This document shows positions 18,230 through 26,100 of a stretch of 38,194 bases of DNA, piece after piece; position 1 is the stretch's first letter; each line of letters opens with the position of its first letter. The stretch is from the IMG/VR virus record IMGVR_UViG_3300027804_000013, positions 1-38,194 of that record; one strand, given 5' to 3'. The position numbers and the translations under genes were made by a program. The notes beneath the pieces are model-generated. The model saw nothing but the letters and a program-made list of their open reading frames with translations, ran no database searches and had not been told where the DNA came from. The stretch comes from a virus (Duplodnaviria; Caudoviricetes).

Positions 18230-18291
18230 TTGTCCTGTCTCATCAGACCCACGGCGGACACCCGTGGATTATGCCTCACGGCATTTCGACT
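18230..18291 (-). ncRNA. Type II hammerhead ribozyme
   Basis: GUC-GAAA-UGCC(GUGA)GGCA-UA^-AUCCACGG(GUGUCCG)CCGUGGGU-CUGAUGA-GAC-AGGACA. All core nucleotides and three stems are present, plus a loop I UGUCC / 3' GGACA pseudoknot. Confidence 0.88.
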
Positions 18292-18295
18292 GTGA

Positions 18296-18619
18296 TCAAT
18301 CCTTGTGGAACGGATTGCTGTTGCACGTCACGCAACAGTTGTCGTGCACGATCTTGTCGCCGTCCTCATGCCACGAGAACTCGTCCCAGATGTCCTCGTC
18401 GCACTCATCGCACACGTTGATCACCTTGATCAGAGGATGACCGCCCATGCGACCACCATCCATCCCCGACAACGTGTCACACAGCGAGAACAGAGCGAAC
18501 GTGGCAACATCCATCAACATCTTTGCATCGCCAGCGAACACGTTCTTCAGATAGTTGCGCAACAGATCATTGCAAGCATCCTCAAGCGTCCTCACGTCGT
18601 TGTTGAAGTAACGGGTCAT
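18296..18619 (-). CDS. Hypothetical protein with C-terminal Cys/His Zn-finger
   Basis: CDEC...H..CC..C; GAAAGGA RBS. Confidence 0.7.
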   Translation of the reverse strand: MTRYFNNDVRTLEDACNDLLRNYLKNVFAGDAKMLMDVATFALFSLCDTLSGMDGGRMGGHPLIKVINVCDECDEDIWDEFSWHEDGDKIVHDNCCVTCNSNPFHKD

Positions 18620-18737
18620 TTCATTTCCTTTCAAACACCGATCAGTTGTTCACGGTGTAGCGCCTCGCCGTGCAACGAACACGGCGCAAACACGCTTTGC
18701 GAATGCGTGCTAGGCAAACTGAAACGCACGTTTCAGA
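18620..18737 (-). ncRNA. Structured leader RNA element, copy B (unrecognised motif)
   Basis: Same architecture as 19182-19300, with compensatory base changes. Confidence 0.65.
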
Positions 18738-19181
18738 TCAGGCGAACTCCTCCTGAAGAGCGAGGAACAGCGCACGACGCTGACGCTTGTCCATCTTCGC
18801 CAACATCTTCTCGGCCTCAGCCTTCGGCGTCGTCTTCTTCTCCGACACCGCACGCTGACCCGAACCCTTCATCGTCTCACGAACATGATCGATACCCATG
18901 TCGGTGCCGAAATCCTCACGGACATAGCCAGCCTTCAGAGCACGAACCACCACACCGACAGTCGTGCGAATCGTGCCCTCCGTGTTGCGCTTCGCACCCA
19001 AGAAAGTCGCCGCTTCGGCGTACTTGCTCGCATTGCCCTTGTAGTTCGCCACGCACTCCTCGCCCGCATGCCACCACCAATCCAACGACAACGCCTCGCC
19101 CGCTTGAACGTTCTGCTCAATCGCAACGAAGTTGTTCTTGTTCGGGTAGTTCTTCGGGCACCACTTCATGATCTTGTTCAT
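18738..19181 (-). CDS. Basic hypothetical early protein
   Basis: GGAGG RBS; clean ORF between two leader elements. Confidence 0.75.
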   Translation of the reverse strand: MNKIMKWCPKNYPNKNNFVAIEQNVQAGEALSLDWWWHAGEECVANYKGNASKYAEAATFLGAKRNTEGTIRTTVGVVVRALKAGYVREDFGTDMGIDHVRETMKGSGQRAVSEKKTTPKAEAEKMLAKMDKRQRRALFLALQEEFA

Positions 19182-19300
19182 TTCATTTCCTCCAAACGCC
19201 AATCAGTTGTTCATGGCGTAGCGTGCAGTCGGGGAACGACCCCGAACGATTCACTCTCTGCACCCAAACTGAAACGCACGTTTCAGTTTCAGTTTCGGAC
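19182..19300 (-). ncRNA. Structured leader RNA element, copy A (unrecognised motif)
   Basis: Palindrome hairpin, then a tRNA-elbow-like domain, then a covarying hairpin with loop UGAACAACUGAU, then the RBS. Confidence 0.65.
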
Positions 19301-19301
19301 A

Positions 19302-19568
19302 TCAGTAACCACGAGCACCAGCGACGTACTCAATCTCGCCCACCACATACTCACGCACCAACACACCACCACGCATCTCGCACATCTCAAGATCCACGAA
19401 CGCCTGCAACGCACGACGAACATCATCACCACGACCCAACGGCTCCGTGCGACTCTGCACCATCGTCAACGACCACGCACCATCATCGTCGTTCACCGAC
19501 AGAGTCCACTCGTAGTCACGACTCTCAAGCGTGCGACGCACGCAACTCACGAACCATACCGCATCCAT
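19302..19568 (-). CDS. First early gene, hypothetical
   Basis: AAGGAG RBS before ATG 19568. Confidence 0.65.
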   Translation of the reverse strand: MDAVWFVSCVRRTLESRDYEWTLSVNDDDGAWSLTMVQSRTEPLGRGDDVRRALQAFVDLEMCEMRGGVLVREYVVGEIEYVAGARGY

Positions 19569-19798
19569 CTCATATCTCCTTGATCTCTTGTCTCGGGAAC
19601 ACCCTGCTCCCACCTATTGGGGAGACGGGAAATCCTGCCCGAATCCCCTTGTGCCTGTACAGGGCGACTGTTCGTCCTGTGCACCCCGATCGGGACGATG
19701 GAGGGGGTGCATGGCCCCCCACCCGTACAGCGCTATAAAGGAGTCTCTCTGTGGAGGGCCGAATTGGTGTGCGCTGATATGTTGGGGGGTAAATGAAG

Positions 19799-19828
19799 GA
19801 ACCCCCCGTATGGGGGGTTCTGTTTGTG
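19799..19828. terminator. Intrinsic terminator-like hairpin (possibly bidirectional)
   Basis: GAACCCCCC-gtat-GGGGGGTTC with T-rich tails on both strands; downstream of the leftward gene ending at 19842. Confidence 0.6.
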
Positions 19829-19841
19829 GGACTCCTGCTGG

Positions 19842-20093
19842 TCAGGATACGTTTATGGTGTGTTTGTCGCTGCGACTGTCGATGCAGGGTTTGTAGACGG
19901 CGATGGCTGTGGTGTATTGTTCGCTGTGGGTGTCCCATGTTGCTGCAATGTGGACGTAGTTGGGGGTTTCTCCGACAAGGAATCCTGTGGTTTCGAGGAT
20001 TCGGTCGTGGTGTGGGGTTTCGAGGTCGTACCAGTTGTCTTCGATGGCGTAGGTGTCCCACCAGCGGATGGTGATGCGGGGCGGGGTCACCAT
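19842..20093 (-). CDS. Small hypothetical phage protein
   Basis: I.W.D....W...TTGFLVGE pattern; overlaps the upstream stop. Confidence 0.65.
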   Translation of the reverse strand: MVTPPRITIRWWDTYAIEDNWYDLETPHHDRILETTGFLVGETPNYVHIAATWDTHSEQYTTAIAVYKPCIDSRSDKHTINVS

Positions 20094-20377
20094 TTCACCT
20101 TGTTCGCCCAGTAGGCTGCGGACATGGGGCCACGGGCGATGTTCTTGGCGTGGCGTGCTTTGAACGACTCACGTTTCTGGGTCATGCGAGCGGATTCCCC
20201 TGCTTTGGGTTTCCCTGCTGTCGACGCACCTTGTTCACCGAATCGGATGGTCTTGATCTGTCCGCCTGATTTGGCGACTACGATGTGGGACTTCTTGGGG
20301 TGGTCTGGGGTGCGCTTAGGCTTGTTGTAGCCTGAGACTCCTGCACGTGCTAGGCGGGGGTCTTTCTTGGCAGCCAT
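20087..20377 (-). CDS. Basic conserved phage protein (DUF5754-like)
   Basis: KPKRTP.HPKKSH.V...KTIRFG...FKARH...SAAYWA..VKW, a family widespread in viruses. Confidence 0.75.
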   Translation of the reverse strand: MAAKKDPRLARAGVSGYNKPKRTPDHPKKSHIVVAKSGGQIKTIRFGEQGASTAGKPKAGESARMTQKRESFKARHAKNIARGPMSAAYWANKVKW

Positions 20378-20541
20378 CAGGACTTCTTGCCGTACTCACG
20401 GCGGCGTTCCGCCGCACTCTCGGTCTTCTCATGGCCCTTCTTGGGGACGACCATCTTCTGACCTGTCTTCTTTGCCGCCTTCTTGGCGGCAGCATAGCCA
20501 GCCTTCGTGTACGGGAACTCTTTCTTTCCAACCTTCGGCAT
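20377..20541 (-). CDS. Small Lys-rich protein (MPKVGKKEFPYTKAGYAAAKK...)
   Basis: 54 aa; AGGAG RBS; TGATG coupling to the next gene; not in the ORF track. Confidence 0.75.
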   Translation of the reverse strand: MPKVGKKEFPYTKAGYAAAKKAAKKTGQKMVVPKKGHEKTESAAERRREYGKKS

Positions 20542-20662
20542 GTTCGCTCCTGTCGTCGCAACTTGTTACTAGATCAACGGCTGCGATGCTACGCAGCAGC
20601 CGTTGATAACTGGGTGGCCCCTAACAAATAGTTACCTCGTTACATCGTGAACAAGTGAACAG

Positions 20663-20684
20663 GTAACGAAGTTGCCTGTTGGTG
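20663..20684 (+). promoter_or_regulatory. GTAAC-type late promoter motif (further copies at 22820, 25257, 27099, 32761, 35702 and minus-strand 20643)
   Basis: GTAAC recurs at gene boundaries, 16-17 nt before start codons that lack a Shine-Dalgarno sequence. Confidence 0.6.
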
Positions 20685-21112
20685 TGAGCATCGAGGAGAA
20701 CGTGCTGGACGCCCGCCAAGAGGCATATGTTGTATGGCTTTGCACGCCCCCGTCCGAACGTGACCCTTCCTCCAAAGAGAAGTACGCCGAGTCGATCGGG
20801 GTGAACGTCACCACCCTCCGCCGCTGGGAGAAGAAGGACGTCTTCCGTAAGAAGTGGCAGGAGAAGGTCGACGACATCCAAGGGTCGCCTGAGCGTTCTC
20901 AGCGCCTTCTGGACACCTTGTACAACGCCGCTTTGGGCGGCGACATCAAGGCGGCACAGTTGTATCTGCAGGCTACGAATCGGATGGCTCCGCCGTCTGT
21001 GACGGTGAAGTCTGAGACGTCGGTCGCTCAGTTGTCTGACAAGGATTTGGACGCCCTCATTGCGGCGGCTGCCGCTAATGAGATGGAGTCCCGTCGTCTT
21101 CGTGCTGTATGA
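20684..21112 (+). CDS. terS: Terminase small subunit (phBC6A51-like HTH)
   Basis: YAESIGVNVTTLRRWEKKDVF HTH and GDIKAAQLYLQ; upstream of the large terminase. Confidence 0.8.
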   Translation: MSIEENVLDARQEAYVVWLCTPPSERDPSSKEKYAESIGVNVTTLRRWEKKDVFRKKWQEKVDDIQGSPERSQRLLDTLYNAALGGDIKAAQLYLQATNRMAPPSVTVKSETSVAQLSDKDLDALIAAAAANEMESRRLRAV

Positions 21113-21243
21113 GCGAGATGGTGGAATGTCCGTTGTGTGGGATGGAGTATCCGCCTGCGGCATGTCATTGGCAATGTCCTGCCTGTGCGGGTGAGGGCGA
21201 GCAATATCCTCAGAGGATGAGGGACGAGGATGGAACTGACTGA
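21109..21243 (+). CDS. Small CPxCG zinc-finger protein
   Basis: MSEMVECPLCG...CHWQCPAC; ATGA overlap with terS. Confidence 0.6.
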   Translation: MSEMVECPLCGMEYPPAACHWQCPACAGEGEQYPQRMRDEDGTD

Positions 21244-22816
21244 ACTGCTGAACGAAAGGGAGTGGCGGCGTTGCCGTGGCCCTGAAGATGCCAGCATCGA
21301 CGAACTTGTAGACGCATTCGCTTACTTCTGCGAGAACTACTGGCACATCAAGCATCCTGAGCAGGGGCGTATCAAGTTTGAGATGCGTGAGGCGCAGATC
21401 GAGACGATTCGTGCTTGGATGTCGAACCGTTATTCCGTCGTGCTGAAGGCACGACAGATCGGGTTCTCGACTTTGGCTGCCGCTTATGCGTTCTGGTTGA
21501 CGTTCTTCTGGGCTGACCGTTTCGTTGTCATGCTGTCACGTACGGAACGTGAAGCAGCCAAGTTGCTACAGAAGTCGAAGTACGGGTACAAGTTCATTCC
21601 CATGTGGATGAAAGAGCGTGGCCCCGACTTGACGTCGGACAACCAGTTGAAGATGACGTTCTCTAACGAGTCTGCAATTGAATCGTTGCCTTCGGGCAAC
21701 GATCCTGCTCGTGGTGAGTCGGTGTATCTGGTGGTTGTGGACGAGATGGCGTTCTTACCGAACTCCGAAGAGGCGTGGGCTTCTATCGAACCGATTGCTG
21801 ACGTGGGTGGTCGGGTTATCTGTCTGTCTACGGCAAACGGATCAGGTAACTTCTTCCACCACCTCTGGGTTGGATCTCAGAACGGCACCAATGCGTTCAC
21901 GGGCATCTTCTGGCCTTGGTCGGCTGGCGACCGTAACGACGACTGGTACGAAACCAAGTTGAAGACGATGCCGTCATGGCAGTTGCATCAGGAGTACCCA
22001 CGCAACCATGATGAGGCGTTCATCAAGTCGGGTAACCCCGTGTTCGATCTGGACGCTCTAGTCGAGTATGAGACGGAGGAACCTCGTCGAGGATTTCTTC
22101 ACAAGTTCACAAAGAAGCAGGTCGAGTATCGGGTGACGCCCGATGGCGAGTTTGCTGTGTGGGAAGAACCGCATCCCGAAGGCGTGTACGTGATCGGCGC
22201 TGACGTTGCTGAGGGTCTGGGTCATGGCGACTACTCGTCGGCCCATGTCATTGACGCCCGCAACGCTCTTGTCGTCGCCCATTGGCATGGGCATATTGAG
22301 CCAGACTTGTTCGGTGAAGCGCTGGCTGAAGTCGCTTGGTGGTACAACGGCGCACTTCTGGGCGTCGAGAACAACAACCACGGTCTGACAACGCTGAAAG
22401 CGTTGCAGCGCTACGGATACAAGAATCTGTATCGCACCCGCCGTTTGCAACAGCGCAACCCTGAGGCAACGGAGATTCTGGGCTGGCGAACTACAGCGGC
22501 GACAAAGCCGTTGGCTATCGATGAGTTGGCTGCCTCGATCCGTGACGGGGCGATCGACCTGCGTGATGAGCGGACGATTGCAGAGTTGCGAACGTTCGTC
22601 CGTGACCCTAACGGCAAGATGCACGGTTCTCCTCATGACGACCGTGTGATGTCTCTTGCTATCGCCCATCAGATGTTGAAATACGTTTGGCTGCCAGAGT
22701 ACATGGCTGAAGCGCCAGCCCCGCAATACAGTTTGGATTGGTTCTCGAGACTGTCTCTTTCGGGGAAGATCGGTGACGATCGTGTACCTTTGGGCGCATT
22801 CAACGTCAGATCGTAA
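21230..22816 (+). CDS. terL: Terminase large subunit
   Basis: LKARQIGFST, VVVDEMAF, STANG, IGADVAEG..GDYS and HDDRVMS motifs. Confidence 0.95.
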   Translation: MELTELLNEREWRRCRGPEDASIDELVDAFAYFCENYWHIKHPEQGRIKFEMREAQIETIRAWMSNRYSVVLKARQIGFSTLAAAYAFWLTFFWADRFVVMLSRTEREAAKLLQKSKYGYKFIPMWMKERGPDLTSDNQLKMTFSNESAIESLPSGNDPARGESVYLVVVDEMAFLPNSEEAWASIEPIADVGGRVICLSTANGSGNFFHHLWVGSQNGTNAFTGIFWPWSAGDRNDDWYETKLKTMPSWQLHQEYPRNHDEAFIKSGNPVFDLDALVEYETEEPRRGFLHKFTKKQVEYRVTPDGEFAVWEEPHPEGVYVIGADVAEGLGHGDYSSAHVIDARNALVVAHWHGHIEPDLFGEALAEVAWWYNGALLGVENNNHGLTTLKALQRYGYKNLYRTRRLQQRNPEATEILGWRTTAATKPLAIDELAASIRDGAIDLRDERTIAELRTFVRDPNGKMHGSPHDDRVMSLAIAHQMLKYVWLPEYMAEAPAPQYSLDWFSRLSLSGKIGDDRVPLGAFNVRS

Positions 22817-22841
22817 TAGGTAACGCACGCTATTAGATGTG

Positions 22842-23069
22842 ATGGGAATGTTTCTATGCGAAGAATGCGGAAAAGCCGAGGTTGTGGATATTATTCCACG
22901 TCGTGGCAAGATCTGTTTTGGATGCCACATCAAGGGCATTCGTTTGGGATTTGCCCACGGGAAGGAAGACTTCCACGGGCCAACCATCAGGGAACGTCAA
23001 CGTCTGCAGGAGCAGCAAGCGGCTGACGCTGGCATCAAGGCCGAACCCGTAGGACAGCGGTGGGTGTGA
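22842..23069 (+). CDS. Small Zn-ribbon protein
   Basis: CEEC...CFGC. Confidence 0.7.
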   Translation: MGMFLCEECGKAEVVDIIPRRGKICFGCHIKGIRLGFAHGKEDFHGPTIRERQRLQEQQAADAGIKAEPVGQRWV

Positions 23070-23075
23070 TCTGAC

Positions 23076-23267
23076 ATGTGGTGGGTTCCTATTGTCGTCG
23101 CCGTCATTGGCGGCCCCATGATGTGGGGTCTCAGTAGGTTTGACAAACGGAACACCCAACAGCATGCGGAGAACCAGAAGGTTCTCCTGCGGATCGAAAC
23201 CAAAGTCGATCACATCGACGAACGACTCGACAACCATATCGACTACCACCTCAAGGAGGGGCTATGA
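23076..23267 (+). CDS. Small membrane protein with coiled coil (holin/antiholin-like)
   Basis: N-terminal TM helix, then IETKVDHIDERLDNHI. Confidence 0.65.
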   Translation: MWWVPIVVAVIGGPMMWGLSRFDKRNTQQHAENQKVLLRIETKVDHIDERLDNHIDYHLKEGL

Positions 23268-23440
23268 CTTACAAGGATGCTTTCAAGCGGGCAGTTGCGA
23301 CGTTTGTGGCTGGCGCTACCGCCAGTCCGCTCACGTCGGCTGTGTTCAACATCGGATTCCTCAAGGCTGCTGGCATCGCTGGCCTCATTGCTGTGTGGAA
23401 CCTTGTTGCTCGTTCCGCTCAGGCTTGGAATGAAGCCTGA
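23264..23440 (+). CDS. Putative holin (r1t-like, 58 aa)
   Basis: MTYKDAFKRAVATFVAG... with two hydrophobic segments; AAGGAGG RBS; TGATG coupling to the portal gene. Confidence 0.6.
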   Translation: MTYKDAFKRAVATFVAGATASPLTSAVFNIGFLKAAGIAGLIAVWNLVARSAQAWNEA

Positions 23441-25260
23441 TGGCCCGTCCGTCTAACGCCGACATTCTCGGCAAGTACAAGAAGAAGATTTCCGTCGCCA
23501 AGAAGTGGCGACGTGAAGAGGACTATGACGGCACTTGGCGCCGTCTGATCGACTTGTACCGTGGACGACACTTTGAAGACGTGTCGCCCGACGACCGTCT
23601 TCTGGTCAACATCTCGTTTTCGACCGTCAACGTGATTGCTCCCGCTGTAGCGGTGAACTATCCGAAGATCGCCGTGAATGCCCGCCGACCTGATTCGGCG
23701 GCACAGGCTCTGATCACAGAAGCAGTCATCAACTACTGGTGGCGTCACTACAAGGTGCGCCCCCAGTTCCGTCGTGCCGTCAAGGACTTCCTTGTTGTCG
23801 GTCACGGTTGGCTGAAGGTCGGCTACCGCTATGTCGAGGAAGAGCAGATCTCGGAAGATGGCGATCAGTCGGAACAGATTGCTGGTAACGAGATCACGCC
23901 AACAATCGTTGTTACAGAAGACAGACCGTTTGTTGAACGTGTATCGCCGTTTGACGTGTTTGTTGATCCTGATGCCACTTCGATCGACGACGCACGGTGG
24001 ATCGCCCAGCGCATCCGCCGTTCGGTGAAGGACGTCAAGTCTGACAAGCGGTATTCAAGGTCTGCTCGTGACATGGTGGAAGCCACGTCGTGGGGTCGGT
24101 ATGACGCTGACGAGCCTACGTCACGTCAGCCGAAAGACAAGGAAGAGGGCTACGTCGAGGTCTGGGAATACTACGACATCCCGAAGAACATGATGAGCGT
24201 GTTCTCGGATGGATGCGAACAGTTCCTTGTCAAGCCGATGAAGATGCCGTATGCGTTCGGTCATCCGTTCGTGATGATTCGCAACTACGACGTTCCCGAC
24301 CACTTCTACCCGTTGGGTGATCTTGAGGCGATCGAGCCGTTGCAGCGTGAACTGAACGAGACTCGTACGCAGATGATGAACCACCGTAAGCGGTACGCAC
24401 GTAAGTACCTCTTCAAGGAGTCTGCGTTTGACGCAGACGGTCGTGATGCGCTCGAGTCGGACTACGACAACACGATGGTGCCCGTTGCCAGCGACGAGCC
24501 GTTGACCAACGTTGTTCAGCCGTTCCCTGCGGTCGTCACTCCGCCCGAGTTCTACCGTCAGTCCGACATCATCGAATCTGACATCAACATGGTGTCGGGT
24601 GTGTCGGAATATCTGCGTGGTTCGCTGCCTGAGATTCGTCGTACGGCGACGGAAGCGGCGATTGTGCAGGACGCTGCGAATGCTCGTGCTGCTGACAAGT
24701 TGGCGACTATCGAGCAGGCGATTGCCGAGGTTGCTTCACGACTTGTGCAACTCGCCCAGCAGTTTATGACTGGCGAGCAGGTTGCTCGTGTGGTCGGTCG
24801 TGAGGGTGACCCTGTGTGGGTGACGTTCGATGCCGACTATATCTCAGGCGAGTTTGATTACGAGGTTGAGGCTGGTTCTACCGCTCCGATCAACGAGTCT
24901 TTCCGTCGTCAGATGGCATTGCAGATGGTTGATGCAATGGCACCGTTTGCGCAGATGGGAATCATCAACATGCAGGCGTTGGCGACGCATGTTCTGCAGT
25001 TCGGTTTCGGTGTCAAGAACCCCGATCAGTTCATGCAGGCTGCACCGCAGCCGCAAGGCCCAGAGATGGGTGGCGGCATGCCGCCCGAAATGGGTGGAGG
25101 AATGCCACCCGAGATGGGTGCTCCTCCGATGTCGATGCCCGATATGGGTGGCGCTATGGCTCCGCCAGCGGCGACACCTGAGGCGTTGTCTGGGATCGAT
25201 CCGTCAGTTCTTGCGGCGTTGACATCTCGTATGAACATGGAATTGCCCAACTCGATGTAA
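23440..25260 (+). CDS. Portal protein (P22/podovirus-like)
   Basis: 606 aa after terL; VSPFDVFVDPDA, HPFV and RTATEA motifs; Pro/Met/Gly-rich tail. Confidence 0.9.
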   Translation: MARPSNADILGKYKKKISVAKKWRREEDYDGTWRRLIDLYRGRHFEDVSPDDRLLVNISFSTVNVIAPAVAVNYPKIAVNARRPDSAAQALITEAVINYWWRHYKVRPQFRRAVKDFLVVGHGWLKVGYRYVEEEQISEDGDQSEQIAGNEITPTIVVTEDRPFVERVSPFDVFVDPDATSIDDARWIAQRIRRSVKDVKSDKRYSRSARDMVEATSWGRYDADEPTSRQPKDKEEGYVEVWEYYDIPKNMMSVFSDGCEQFLVKPMKMPYAFGHPFVMIRNYDVPDHFYPLGDLEAIEPLQRELNETRTQMMNHRKRYARKYLFKESAFDADGRDALESDYDNTMVPVASDEPLTNVVQPFPAVVTPPEFYRQSDIIESDINMVSGVSEYLRGSLPEIRRTATEAAIVQDAANARAADKLATIEQAIAEVASRLVQLAQQFMTGEQVARVVGREGDPVWVTFDADYISGEFDYEVEAGSTAPINESFRRQMALQMVDAMAPFAQMGIINMQALATHVLQFGFGVKNPDQFMQAAPQPQGPEMGGGMPPEMGGGMPPEMGAPPMSMPDMGGAMAPPAATPEALSGIDPSVLAALTSRMNMELPNSM

Positions 25261-25310
25261 CGCATACTCCTTCTGGTAGAGCAACCAAATAGGACTCAGG
25301 AGGAACATAG

Positions 25311-26081
25311 GTGGATACCACCGATTATAGCCCCGATGTAGACCCCGTTGAAGACGGACAAGTCGACGAGATGGGCGGAGCCGATGATGCACCCGTCATT
25401 GATGTCAATGAGTTTGGCGATCACTATGTGACTGTCAAAGTCGATGGGATGGATGTGCGTGTGCCCCTATCGGAGGCAATTGCTGGTTACAGCCGTCAAG
25501 CGGACTATACCCGCAAGACGCAGGAACTAGCGTCGCAGCGTCAGGAACTTCAATGGGCTTCTGCTATCAGGCAGGCTTTGGAGAACGATCCTGCTGGAAC
25601 CATTGATCTGCTTGCGGATCATTACGGTGTGAGCCGTAAGGAAGCGCAACGTATGATTGATGATGACCCGTATTTCGATTCGGGTTTCCAGATGGACGAT
25701 CCATCAGCCAAGCGCATTCAGGAGATGGAGGGTCGAATCTCCGCCTTCGAGAAAGCGCAAGCACAGCAGGAACTCGAACGGGAGATCTCGAGGTTGCAAA
25801 CAACCTACGGCGACGATTTCGATGCTCAGGAGGTTGTGGCTGCTGCCGTTGCGCAGGGGTCTACGAATCTTGAGGCAGTCTTCAAGCAGATCGCCTTTGA
25901 TCGTGTTACTGCCCGACAGAAGGTCGAGGCTAGTAAGGCGGCTGCAAAGGTCGAGGGGAAGCGTCAGGCATCTGTGGTGTCTGGTGCGTCTTCTGCGAAG
26001 ACGGCGAGCGACGACGTGGGGACAATCCGTTCAATCGCAGACGCTTGGGCTGCCGCCAAACGGCAGCACGGGGTCTCATAA
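25311..26081 (+). CDS. Capsid scaffolding protein
   Basis: VKVDG...V.LSE...GYSRQADYTRKTQELA motif; between portal and major capsid genes. Confidence 0.88.
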   Translation: MDTTDYSPDVDPVEDGQVDEMGGADDAPVIDVNEFGDHYVTVKVDGMDVRVPLSEAIAGYSRQADYTRKTQELASQRQELQWASAIRQALENDPAGTIDLLADHYGVSRKEAQRMIDDDPYFDSGFQMDDPSAKRIQEMEGRISAFEKAQAQQELEREISRLQTTYGDDFDAQEVVAAAVAQGSTNLEAVFKQIAFDRVTARQKVEASKAAAKVEGKRQASVVSGASSAKTASDDVGTIRSIADAWAAAKRQHGVS

Positions 26082-26100
26082 GTCCTAAGGAGGACACATC

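Noticed and set aside
18660-19265. Bona fide tRNA genes
   Set aside because: No anticodon arm or canonical D-arm and no exact TTCRA loop; only an elbow-like sub-structure
16439-19289. CRISPR array or CRISPR-repeat mimic (GTTTCAG...CTGAAAC resembles repeat ends)
   Set aside because: The copies are hundreds of bases apart with genes between them, the arm order is reversed relative to CRISPR repeats, and there is no cas operon; the Cas4-like gene is an ordinary phage exonuclease
25057-25150. 21-nt tandem repeat in the portal 3' end (PEMGGGM)
   Set aside because: A low-complexity Pro/Met/Gly tail is common in P22-like portals
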